Origin: a virus
Reading direction: 5' to 3' (one strand)
Length of the DNA: 64,000 nt
Virus record (IMG/VR): IMGVR_UViG_3300021171_000004
Location: 1 to 64,000 of that record
Position 1 is the stretch's first letter; every line of letters starts with the position of its first letter. The notes below the pieces were generated by a model. The model did no database searches, was not told the origin of the DNA, and saw only the letters and a program-made list of their open reading frames with translations. The translations under genes and the position numbers were made by a program. This document shows positions 56,301 through 64,000 of the stretch, in pieces.

Positions 56301-57571
56301 CGAGTCAGCCTCCAGGAAACGGCTACACACAATTCAACCCCGGGCAGTTCTGGACATTCCCACAACAGGTGTCTAGGTTAGTTCCCACACAGGTCGGACT
56401 CCTAACTTTTACCACGTCCGATGTCGGAATTATTTCTGGCGGGCCGAATATTCTGACCCTGTTTTCAAACCTCTATATCCAGGGTCTTGGCCTGTCCACC
56501 TATAACGGATTGGCCGTGCGCGGCGGACTTATTGATTTATTCACTGCGGACAGCCAAGTTGTTACTCTGGATCCGAACGCGGGCGGCTCGAAAGTTGGGT
56601 TTCCGATTGGCGACCAGTTTTTCAAATTCGGCTCCCAGACAACCACATATTCGCCTTCGACTGCGTACGTGGCATTTCACACACAGGGTTTGAACGACGA
56701 GGCTCTGTTCGTCGCGGATGGTTCTACCGGATGGTTCCGCGGAGTCACCAGCCTCGCACCAGATTCCGCAATCAGCGGGCCTGTGTGGAGTCCTAAAGCA
56801 AATATTGTTGGTGGCACAAAAGCCATTGCTTCGCTCGAAGTTTCACCCGGCCAGCACGCGCTTTTGCTGGGAGCCACGACTTCAAATCAACCAGTTCTTG
56901 TCCGTGACTCTACGTACACGACCTTTTCGGATAATAGTTCTGCGTATCCTGCGAACTTTATTTTCGGGTCCATGGTGCTCGCGAATCCCGGACAACTAGC
57001 GGAAATTGGATTCATCACCTGCGAATTCTACAAGGTCGGCACGTCCCCGAAACTCTCCATTCTGTTGGATGAGGTAGTGGATTCCGTTCTATCAATTTTT
57101 GCAGCGGTACAAAGCGCGGGCAACACAACCTACACTTTCACACTCACGTCCGGATTTACGCCCGTGGTCGGGGACGATGTGAATATTACCGGAATGGCCG
57201 ACGCCGGAAACAACGGGACTTTTGTTATCAATTCTTTGGGTGCGGGTACTTTTACGGTTGCGAATCCAAACGGAGTTACGCGGTCGGGACAAACCGGGGC
57301 AAGCACGAGTTTCGAAGATTTGTCCGCGTACGTAGCAACTGCAACAGGTCTGCCTCCGCAGGATTCTCCGTGGCGCTACGGACTCACCCTGACGGGAACT
57401 AGCTTGTACACAAACCGATATTATATGCAACAAAGCATCGGTGGAGGAATTCCGCCGCAAGGAACCTTCTGCCGTCATTGCCAAGTGCGGGTAGATTTTG
57501 GCTCGACCGACACCGTGCAAAACGAAATTTTAACGCAAAGCCTGTATGGTGCCCATTGGAACGAGATTTAG
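53387..57571 (+). CDS. Large tail nozzle (tubular B-like) protein with internal repeats
   Basis: 1394 aa; NVEISPRLTIARRPG N-terminus, YFGRIFY; repeated W.A....GTSG...P.W....G.T.D.T..W modules. Confidence 0.7.
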   Translation: MSTSLQAAGAHAEKDTRWAPIFTNRFFLGLVTNRNPLRSPVGVIYEQYYHLGGTDALIGGVNVEISPRLTIARRPGNTAGLSTFISSANIPDVPDSFFSFHEIGGNIRVIADTPSAIYLIGGFANGSGTASQGVIPIFTKASGAGQSFFQGVGQSLYFSDAKEQQKWLDFGAGNPGNSFAAITNTALTSNVATISSINNFAPGQTVVLTQTTNGSGAFNGTFVVTAANTTQFQFALTHANIASAPDTGFANGTWNWGIVAPLSAPTLNIVASGSAATTWQASTVFSTMGLIVDANGNVQQLTSVNALGGNNTQFGTTGNGNPNWNQTPGGTTTDNTITWTNWGPIGVWSAHATFLNDSIGGTLTQPAVIFDPKTGHIQVNGAPGGASGVTGGSYPNFTGTLYSFIWDGTVKWFDIGAPALWQGSHAYAAYLNNSPTTTAHAVAEPTLPPSTQTIFWQISGGGTSGASGTQPPFSTTVGNITSDNQLTWIDLGTATWAASTNYTQWTGTAPVFSVIKDTNGNMQVCVVSGTSGANQPLPQWIAAHAYALNTQIVDSNLFVQKVTTNGTSGSSKTLSNSALTSGIATYTSAAHGFSAGQFVTVTGSTNNAAFNVTNGLIVSTTTNTFTVNIAHDNIASAGDVGTAVAGPTWNTTPGGTTTDGTVTWTNQGIENAGGRPAAWGFNYGDTTPDGTAKWVCVGPPVTWAASTQWHLPSAGFAPPTASQPYGGSEVSTNGFVQAVIQSGKSAASPTPSFSATIGNFVLDPSTVNNQIIWRNISAFSQNSLAFQKGYGYVYSFKSRTVTDLYAPQATGGGGVLLGQSASTPSPLVDQGTTPTGSADGTVSTSSPSVQMAVGVNSGSVIYVSGKGSLDPQVDTISIFRTFDGGATFFWLTDIKAPAPVGGIAQPWTFADFLPDVASNLFSGLNTLVLAPINHASDPPLAGAVNLTQYFGRIFYSVGSTVYCSQGPNVGGSSQPPGNGYTQFNPGQFWTFPQQVSRLVPTQVGLLTFTTSDVGIISGGPNILTLFSNLYIQGLGLSTYNGLAVRGGLIDLFTADSQVVTLDPNAGGSKVGFPIGDQFFKFGSQTTTYSPSTAYVAFHTQGLNDEALFVADGSTGWFRGVTSLAPDSAISGPVWSPKANIVGGTKAIASLEVSPGQHALLLGATTSNQPVLVRDSTYTTFSDNSSAYPANFIFGSMVLANPGQLAEIGFITCEFYKVGTSPKLSILLDEVVDSVLSIFAAVQSAGNTTYTFTLTSGFTPVVGDDVNITGMADAGNNGTFVINSLGAGTFTVANPNGVTRSGQTGASTSFEDLSAYVATATGLPPQDSPWRYGLTLTGTSLYTNRYYMQQSIGGGIPPQGTFCRHCQVRVDFGSTDTVQNEILTQSLYGAHWNEI

Positions 57572-57616
57572 CGCCCGACGCGCACGGTTTCAGGTTGTTT
57601 TTCTGGAACAGGAGCC

Positions 57617-58477
57617 TCAATCTTCCTCGGCATCGGGGTTCTTATCGGCTCCGAAATTCCAGTTCTCTTCGTCGTCCCGGTATTCATAACCATCCTCCTC
57701 TGGATTGTATAGCAAAGTTGGTTGCTCAACGAAAATCGGCACTCGGTAGGTTCGCAGAAAATCTAGCGTATCGGGACTGATTTCTCGGGCATAATTTCTG
57801 GTTAGATAGAATCGCTTCGGGTAGGCATACTGGGCACGCCAGCCTTGGTCGCCGCGAACATAACGGCCCCAACCATAAACCTGTCCGTAGATTCCCTTAT
57901 ATGTGGCACTGATAACTTCATCTAGGGTATCTTTAGCGTAGATTCCGCAGGAGCAGAATTCGGCGGGAACATTGTGTACAGGTGGGGCAGGAAGGATTCC
58001 CGCAGGATCAAAAACAGACGCTCGCCCCAGCGTGTTTCCCTCGGCTTTTCCGCAGTACGCGACCATCGGAATTCCAGGTCGCAAAAGATGCTTTTCATCG
58101 TCGTCGAAGAAGCTATTTTGCGAACGCAGGGCCATCTTTTTCAAATCTAATTTCCACGCTCGCCAGCCAACTAAGGCTTCCATCATGTTGGTTTCGAATG
58201 GTTCGGAATCAGGTTTGTGTTCTCGCAAGGGCGGGGGAGAAAAGATTGAGTGGTTAAATTTGTAACTTACCCAACCGGCGACGATATGAGCGTTCACGGG
58301 TTGAGTAAACTGAGCCTTCAGTGATTCTACCATCTCTTTTGGATAATAGATTACGTCCCCCGTCATTTTGGTGTCTGGTTCTTTCATCTCCATCAAATCG
58401 GGTAAAGGTTCTTTGGATGGCGGGATACCGAATTCCGCACGAATCCGGTCGCTTAGTTTTTTAAGATTCTCAAACAT
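57617..58477 (-). CDS. Conserved phage hypothetical protein (antisense accessory gene)
   Basis: LVGWRAW, CSCGIYA, GWGR..GWRAQYAYP; ATG 6 nt after putative -10 box. Confidence 0.7.
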   Translation of the reverse strand: MFENLKKLSDRIRAEFGIPPSKEPLPDLMEMKEPDTKMTGDVIYYPKEMVESLKAQFTQPVNAHIVAGWVSYKFNHSIFSPPPLREHKPDSEPFETNMMEALVGWRAWKLDLKKMALRSQNSFFDDDEKHLLRPGIPMVAYCGKAEGNTLGRASVFDPAGILPAPPVHNVPAEFCSCGIYAKDTLDEVISATYKGIYGQVYGWGRYVRGDQGWRAQYAYPKRFYLTRNYAREISPDTLDFLRTYRVPIFVEQPTLLYNPEEDGYEYRDDEENWNFGADKNPDAEED

Positions 58478-58519
58478 GGAGATATGTTCACATACGGAAC
58501 GGAGTTTGTCAAGCCCAAA

Positions 58520-59824
58520 ATGGCCTCGATTTCTAAAAATCGCCAAACCGCACAGGATATGATTAACGCAGGAAAACTAGTCCCTGCGCCGAATCCGATT
58601 GCGGATAAACCGCCTACTCCGGTTTCCCAGATCGCGACTAATCCGCTGTCTCCAAATCCATATCTGCGAACACCTCTGCCTGCTTCGTACTCGCAGCAAC
58701 CCGACCAGCAAAGACAGTGGCAAAATAACGGGTCTATTCCACAAGTTCGAATTCCGCCCACAAGTTTGACTTCGAATCCAATCGTAGGTGCGCAGGCCGC
58801 TTCTCAGAGCATCGTAATTCAGGAAACTGCAACAAACGTTGCTACGGTGATTCCACCGCTGCGAATTCCTATCAACAAACAGACGGGAACTTCGTACATT
58901 ATTCAACCGTCCGATTTAAATACGCTGGTTACTTTTTCGAACAATTCGGGCGGAACTATTTTTCTTCCTAGCCCGAGCGGAAACGCCAGCGGATTCGTAC
59001 AGTTAATTTTCAAATCCTACGCGAACCCAACAAGTCCCGCAACAGGTGTAACCGGAAATATTACGCTCACGACCGGAAACGCGGCTTTCGTGATTCTCGA
59101 ATACGGTGGTGGCGGAACTAACGTCGGTGCAACTAGCGTTACGGACACTCTAGGAAATACGTACACTCCTTTCGACGGAGCGTTCCGTTTGCATTCTTTC
59201 GATGCCGCGTTTTTTTCGGGTTTGGGCGTCAATCTCGAAATTTGGTACTCCACAGGAATTACAGGCGGCACAACGCAAATTTCCGCGGCTCCCGGGCTCG
59301 CGGGAGGTTATCTAAATATTTACGTTCTTGAGTACGCGGGAATTCCAGTGTCCAGTGCAATTATTGCGTACGGGAACAATTTCAGCGGCACTACAGCTTC
59401 GTCTCCTCTGACATTAACGACTACAGCTACGGGTGTGGGAAGCAACGATATCGTCATCGGCATCATGGCAAATGATGCGGGCACGGGAACGGGAAGCAGT
59501 TTAACCACTCGAATCACCCCGGGTGGACTTTCCTACATTGGCGATCAGCCATCTACTTCACCCGTTGCGAACGTAACGATGAGTTTCACGGGTACGGTAA
59601 ATTACGCCGGGGTTGCCGCGGTGATGCAGATTTTGCCAGCAATGGGAGCGTTAATTCTCCCGACGTTTTGGTATTGCTGGATTGAGAACACAGGTTCGGG
59701 AACTTTCACCTTCCAGTCTCTATCCAAAATAGACGGAGCTTCGGCCAACCTTACAAGTTTGGCTCAGAACAAAGGTTTGTTGCTGGTTTTTGACGGTGCA
59801 AATTACTACACAATGCGCGGGTAA
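58520..59824 (+). CDS. Tail fibre/virion protein
   Basis: INKQTGTSYIIQPSDLNTLV..., C-terminal IENTGSG..FDGANY; S/T-rich. Confidence 0.7.
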   Translation: MASISKNRQTAQDMINAGKLVPAPNPIADKPPTPVSQIATNPLSPNPYLRTPLPASYSQQPDQQRQWQNNGSIPQVRIPPTSLTSNPIVGAQAASQSIVIQETATNVATVIPPLRIPINKQTGTSYIIQPSDLNTLVTFSNNSGGTIFLPSPSGNASGFVQLIFKSYANPTSPATGVTGNITLTTGNAAFVILEYGGGGTNVGATSVTDTLGNTYTPFDGAFRLHSFDAAFFSGLGVNLEIWYSTGITGGTTQISAAPGLAGGYLNIYVLEYAGIPVSSAIIAYGNNFSGTTASSPLTLTTTATGVGSNDIVIGIMANDAGTGTGSSLTTRITPGGLSYIGDQPSTSPVANVTMSFTGTVNYAGVAAVMQILPAMGALILPTFWYCWIENTGSGTFTFQSLSKIDGASANLTSLAQNKGLLLVFDGANYYTMRG

Positions 59825-59836
59825 CACAAGGAAAAT

Positions 59837-60076
59837 ATGAACGGGGATGCACTGGAATTGATGAAAGAACTTGGCCGAATCCACGCCGATCTGAAACAAG
59901 ACATCGGAGGCGTACGAACCGATCTAGCGGGATTCAAAGGCAGTATCGAAGCCCGAGTTGGCGGTTTAGAAAAAGATGTCAAGGATGAGAAATTCTGGAA
60001 CAACGTGAAAGCTGCGACTGGACCATTCATGGTTTTGCTCCATGTCGGTGCTAAAAAAATCGGGATTAACATCTAG
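59837..60076 (+). CDS. Small coiled-coil/membrane protein
   Basis: AAGGA RBS. Confidence 0.6.
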   Translation: MNGDALELMKELGRIHADLKQDIGGVRTDLAGFKGSIEARVGGLEKDVKDEKFWNNVKAATGPFMVLLHVGAKKIGINI

Positions 60077-60078
60077 CC

Positions 60079-60465
60079 ATGCTCAAATCGCGCTCCGTAA
60101 CTGAGAAGGACCGCACGAAATTAGAAGAGTGGATATCTGCCGATTCGGACCACTCCGAAAAATGTAAACCAGATTTTTGGATTGCGCACGAAGATGGTGT
60201 TCGGCAATTCGCAATTCAGGATGAGCACGGCGATATTTTTTTCGTCCGGGCCGAAAACGTGTTACGCCTCCATATCCAGTTCGCGCCAAATCAGCGGATT
60301 CGCACGGCCAAAGCGATTGACGAATTCACTCCACTGATTGCGGCAGGAGCCAAAAAAGAGCGATACAAGCAACTAATTTTTGAATCCGTATTCAAACCTC
60401 TCATCAAATTTTTAGAAAAGCGCGGCTTTCATGCCAGCCCCGCAGAACAGGTCCACGATTTATGA
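60079..60465 (+). CDS. GNAT-like virion-associated protein
   Basis: Paralog of next gene (WxxxDxxH, LRxxxQF, FxxxxGF). Confidence 0.6.
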   Translation: MLKSRSVTEKDRTKLEEWISADSDHSEKCKPDFWIAHEDGVRQFAIQDEHGDIFFVRAENVLRLHIQFAPNQRIRTAKAIDEFTPLIAAGAKKERYKQLIFESVFKPLIKFLEKRGFHASPAEQVHDL

Positions 60466-60839
60466 TTTATGTCCGCAAAGTGAACAAAACCGATCCAGAA
60501 GGCCGAATCGCAGAAGAGTGGCTCGCGAACGACCCAGAACATCAAAAACTAGGTATCACGCCCGAACAAATCTGGGACGGAGAAGTCGCCCTTATTTATG
60601 ACGAAGATGGACCAATTTACGCAATTCGTTTCCAAAAAGCCCTGCGGGTCGCCGTGCAATTCAATCCCCGAACCAAACTCAGAAACGCGAGAGCAGGTAA
60701 GGAAGTTGCTGAGTGGCTCCAAGGTTTGGCAAGGAACTCCAATTGTTCTGAAGTCATTGTGCGGGCAGGCGGTCGAGCCGCGAAATTCGTAAAGCGTCTC
60801 GGATTTTCGGATTTTGTAGGACAGTACCTAAAGGCATAA
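60462..60839 (+). CDS. GNAT-like virion-associated protein
   Basis: Paralog of previous gene; FVKRLGF. Confidence 0.6.
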   Translation: MIYVRKVNKTDPEGRIAEEWLANDPEHQKLGITPEQIWDGEVALIYDEDGPIYAIRFQKALRVAVQFNPRTKLRNARAGKEVAEWLQGLARNSNCSEVIVRAGGRAAKFVKRLGFSDFVGQYLKA

Positions 60840-60842
60840 AAT

Positions 60843-61532
60843 ATGTGCGGAGCGAGTTCCCAGCAGAAATCAGCATTTGCCAACGAACAAAAAGTTTCTA
60901 ATCTTTTGACCGAAGGGTTGCAGCAAATTGCCGGAGATAACCAGCTTATTCTCGGAAATTTGGTTAAAGGGTTAACTCCGATCCAAACTGCGGGGCCCAG
61001 CCAATTCGGATTCGCACCCGCGGAAGAAGCCGCCTTGCGTACGGACACAGCCGAACAATTGAACCAAGCAAGCGCCCAAACTGCAAATGCTGTTCGCGGG
61101 GCGGTCGCGTCCCGGGGTGGTGGAACAACCTATCTGCCTAGCGGTTCGGAAGCCTCGATTATCGGTTCGCTTGCACAGGATACCGCGGTAAAAGAAGCCG
61201 AAGCCCAATCCGCAATTACGGCAAAAGGTTACGACATTGGCCGACAGAATTGGGAGTTCGCCACGCAGGAACTAGCTACTGCGCCAGGTGAGCTTGAAAA
61301 TCCGATTACGAACGCAGGAAGTGCAGCGAGCGGTGCAGCTAGTTCTGAAATGCAAGGTGGAACCGCGATTACCGCTGCGAACCAAGCATGGGAGGGTCCA
61401 GTAGGGCAAATTATTGGTGGTGTGGCGGGCGGGGCTCTCAAGGGTGGAATTAACATTGGTGGAGGCGGGCCTGCAAATCTTCCGCTAAGTGATACCAGCG
61501 GTTCCACAAATCCAGGAACTGCGTACAGTTAA
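60843..61532 (+). CDS. Internal virion / DNA ejection protein
   Basis: MCG start, A/G/Q-rich, C-terminal glycine-zipper; podovirus gene order. Confidence 0.65.
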   Translation: MCGASSQQKSAFANEQKVSNLLTEGLQQIAGDNQLILGNLVKGLTPIQTAGPSQFGFAPAEEAALRTDTAEQLNQASAQTANAVRGAVASRGGGTTYLPSGSEASIIGSLAQDTAVKEAEAQSAITAKGYDIGRQNWEFATQELATAPGELENPITNAGSAASGAASSEMQGGTAITAANQAWEGPVGQIIGGVAGGALKGGINIGGGGPANLPLSDTSGSTNPGTAYS

Positions 61533-61539
61533 GGCAAAT

Positions 61540-61953
61540 GACATGATTCGATACGAGGGGTTAGTTTTGGCGCTTGGGAAAATGAACGGATGTTTCGATG
61601 ACCCGGAATCGCACGCATTCAAACTGCGTAATCCGCTTCTTCTCAAAACTTACCGTCCGGAAAAGAAATGTGATTCAGACCACTACAGAATTTTTTCAAG
61701 TGTGATGGGCGGGTTTAAAGCCGGAATCGCAGACATGGTTGCAAAATGTTCGGGTAAAAATAACCGTCTGAGTGCAGAAAACGTACTCAAGGATTTGCTG
61801 TCCATATATGGATTCAACCACGAAGTTTCTACGCGCAAAATCGTACTTTTTCTCAGACGCGCACTCGACGACGAAGAGATTTCGCTAAACACAAAACTCA
61901 CTTATTTTCAGGAATCGCCCGTAGAGGAACCAAACGATGGCAACCGACCCTAA
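61540..61953 (+). CDS. Hypothetical protein
   Basis: 3' part of 61489 ORF (MIRYEG...); start position approximate. Confidence 0.55.
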   Translation, partial: DMIRYEGLVLALGKMNGCFDDPESHAFKLRNPLLLKTYRPEKKCDSDHYRIFSSVMGGFKAGIADMVAKCSGKNNRLSAENVLKDLLSIYGFNHEVSTRKIVLFLRRALDDEEISLNTKLTYFQESPVEEPNDGNRP

Positions 61954-64000
61954 CGCCGTAACCGCAACGAGTCCGAATATGGACCAAACTCAGATTCCGG
62001 CGAGTACGCAACTCCAGCCTCCCGCTCCGGGTCCGACCGCTCCAGCATCTATTCCCGCGCAAGCGGCAACCCCACCGTCTCCCGGAAGTTCTTTCCGGCA
62101 CCTAGCCCCGGCTATGATTGGTTCGATTCTGGGCTCGCTCGCAGGCACGCCAACTCCGAGTTATTCCGTGGACGAATCCGGAAAAATGGTAGCCACGCCT
62201 GCGGCTCCGCTCACAACTACCCAAAAAATAAAAGCCATCGCCGCGAACGCACTCATCGGACTGTCCGCTCCGGCTCCCGAAAAAGAAAAAAGCGGACTCG
62301 CGAACGCTCTCGCAGGCGTGGGTGCGGGTGCCAAAGCCGTTCAGGAAAAAAATCTGCAACAGGATACCCTAAAGCGTGCGCAAGCGCAGGAAAATTTCGA
62401 GACGCAACAGCAAACTACGCTGCGAAAATATCAGGTTGCGCACCAAAACGCCCTCACGATGTCCACTTATTTCGCGAACAAAAAACTCGCGAACGAAATG
62501 GACCCCCATTACAAACAGAACGAGAGTCTTTTCAACGCAGTTCAGGCTTCGCCGGAATTGGGTGCCCACGCACACGAACTTTCCGATTCACAAGTTGAAC
62601 AAGAAGTGAAAAAAGACCCCACTTTTTGGGCTACGCACATAATCAAGCCTCTCGGATGGGCTCCGGAAACCGACGCGAACGGACAGCAGGTTATGGTGGA
62701 CGGCCAGCCGAAATTCTACATGCGAATGGCTGTGATTGACGGTACGCAAGATGGAAAAATCAAGGTTACTCCGGAAATGGCCGAGGATTTCCAGAAATAC
62801 GGACCAATGGCGCGAATCCCGAACGCGGATTCCATCAAAGCCGGAGACGAGTACGAACTCACCTCTCTTTTACCTGCGATGAATCGCGTGGAAGAACAGC
62901 GAAAAGCGGTTTTGGATGGGTGGGCTAAGGCAGAATTGGGGTGGTCAACCGACCCGAAAGATCCGACGAAGGAAAATCCTGTTTTGATTAATCGCGTTTT
63001 GCCGCCCGGGTCGCCAGATGCGGTGAAGCCATTGGGTCCTGTGACTCCGCTCCCGCTAAAACAAGAAGAAGGAAAAACCGAACTCCAGAAGGCGCAGGCT
63101 GCGGAAGCGGATGCCAAAGCGAAAGAGGCGCTCGCGAACGCCGCGTTGATTTCGGGAAATATCGGAAACGGCGGGCAAGCTGCGATTCCAGCCTATCTGG
63201 ATGCCATCGGAAAACTGCCCGAGTCCTCTCAAGCTATTTTGCGAAATGTGCCTCCGATGCAGCAAGCGGCTCTTTTAAAAGTCGCGAACGGGGATGCTGA
63301 CATAAATAAGATTTTTCCTACCCGCACTACGAAGGGTTCAGGACAGTTAGACGCGGCCCATGCTGCTACTCTCACATCCCTGCTTAACCCGCGGTGGACG
63401 GAAGGATTGTATAACACGAAACAATCCGCTCAAAAGTCTTTCGCAGACGGGGAAGACGGAAAAGCCATCGCTTCGTTCGGTCAATTTCTTGTCCACGCAG
63501 ATGACGTGAGGATGGGTTCGGACAGATTGCAGCGCACGAATAGCCCATGGTTCAACGAACCCATTAATACAATAAAATCCAAAGGCATGGGCAACCCCGG
63601 CGTTCCCGGACTTATGGCCGATATTTTTGCTGCCCGTAGTGAATGGCAGAATTTCATCAAAAACGGGCACGCTTCGGACCTAGCAGACAGCGAGCAAGGC
63701 CGACAAATTATGAGTGATTCCTCCTCCCCTGCGCAAATTATGCGGGCGCTTCAGGAAATGGGAAAACAAGCGGTCGGGCGTCTCGACCAAATCGACGGAA
63801 AATGGCGCAGAACGTGGGGTGGACATTATCCCGGACTCATCACGGATTCCGCTCGAACCGCTGCGAACAATCTTGGTTTGGGGGATTATATCAAACAATA
63901 CCCGTCCGAAAGTGGGGCTATGTTTGGAGTTCAGCCCAACAGCGAACAAATCCAATCTCCAGATAATCCCGCCCAGCGTCCTGCGGGTGCAACAGGCATT
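61937..64000 (+). CDS. Large internal virion / DNA transfer protein (3' truncated)
   Basis: GAGGA RBS, ATG 61937 (MATDPNAV...), frame appears open to window end. Confidence 0.7.
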   Translation, partial: MATDPNAVTATSPNMDQTQIPASTQLQPPAPGPTAPASIPAQAATPPSPGSSFRHLAPAMIGSILGSLAGTPTPSYSVDESGKMVATPAAPLTTTQKIKAIAANALIGLSAPAPEKEKSGLANALAGVGAGAKAVQEKNLQQDTLKRAQAQENFETQQQTTLRKYQVAHQNALTMSTYFANKKLANEMDPHYKQNESLFNAVQASPELGAHAHELSDSQVEQEVKKDPTFWATHIIKPLGWAPETDANGQQVMVDGQPKFYMRMAVIDGTQDGKIKVTPEMAEDFQKYGPMARIPNADSIKAGDEYELTSLLPAMNRVEEQRKAVLDGWAKAELGWSTDPKDPTKENPVLINRVLPPGSPDAVKPLGPVTPLPLKQEEGKTELQKAQAAEADAKAKEALANAALISGNIGNGGQAAIPAYLDAIGKLPESSQAILRNVPPMQQAALLKVANGDADINKIFPTRTTKGSGQLDAAHAATLTSLLNPRWTEGLYNTKQSAQKSFADGEDGKAIASFGQFLVHADDVRMGSDRLQRTNSPWFNEPINTIKSKGMGNPGVPGLMADIFAARSEWQNFIKNGHASDLADSEQGRQIMSDSSSPAQIMRALQEMGKQAVGRLDQIDGKWRRTWGGHYPGLITDSARTAANNLGLGDYIKQYPSESGAMFGVQPNSEQIQSPDNPAQRPAGATGI

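Noticed and set aside
33033-59824. Diversity-generating retroelement acting on fibre genes
   Set aside because: No reverse transcriptase in the window and no adenine-variant TR/VR pair noticed.
1-64000. Stop-codon reassignment
   Set aside because: Core genes are full length in the standard code and end with TAA, TAG and TGA.

Overview
A 64-kb segment of a tailed dsDNA bacteriophage, probably podovirus-like, with no host chromosomal genes visible. It carries a terminase large subunit (31185-33032), a ~700-aa portal (37735-39861), a scaffold, an N4-gp56-type major capsid protein (41923-42945), adaptor/nozzle-like tail proteins, Ser/Thr-rich fibre-like proteins, internal-virion/ejection proteins at the right end and a GH108 endolysin. 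Also present are an RNA ligase, tRNA-Asn(GTT), a short FimB-like tyrosine recombinase, five free-standing HNH/EndoVII nucleases plus a GIY-YIG-like gene, a Mom/DruA-like GNAT gene, an AAA ATPase, three glycosyltransferases with two methyltransferases, and a divergently transcribed block of small early-type genes (~15.7-19.7 kb). The strongest unexplained signal is a 15-bp palindrome, GTTCAC-WWW-GTGAAC, present at least 19 times with 0-1 mismatch. It overlaps sigma70-type promoters of antisense accessory genes, gene junctions and coding sequence, suggesting a genome-wide operator or stoperator-like network whose cognate protein is not evident. Other leads: a possible virion glycosylation module, a beta-rich domain shared between virion proteins and secreted antisense genes, a phosphatase fused to HiPIP-like domains, a CPHC redoxin paired with a CxxC membrane protein, candidate structured RNAs, leaderless transcripts and two ORFs with ACG starts. 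All product calls come from motif recognition by eye; no searches were run.
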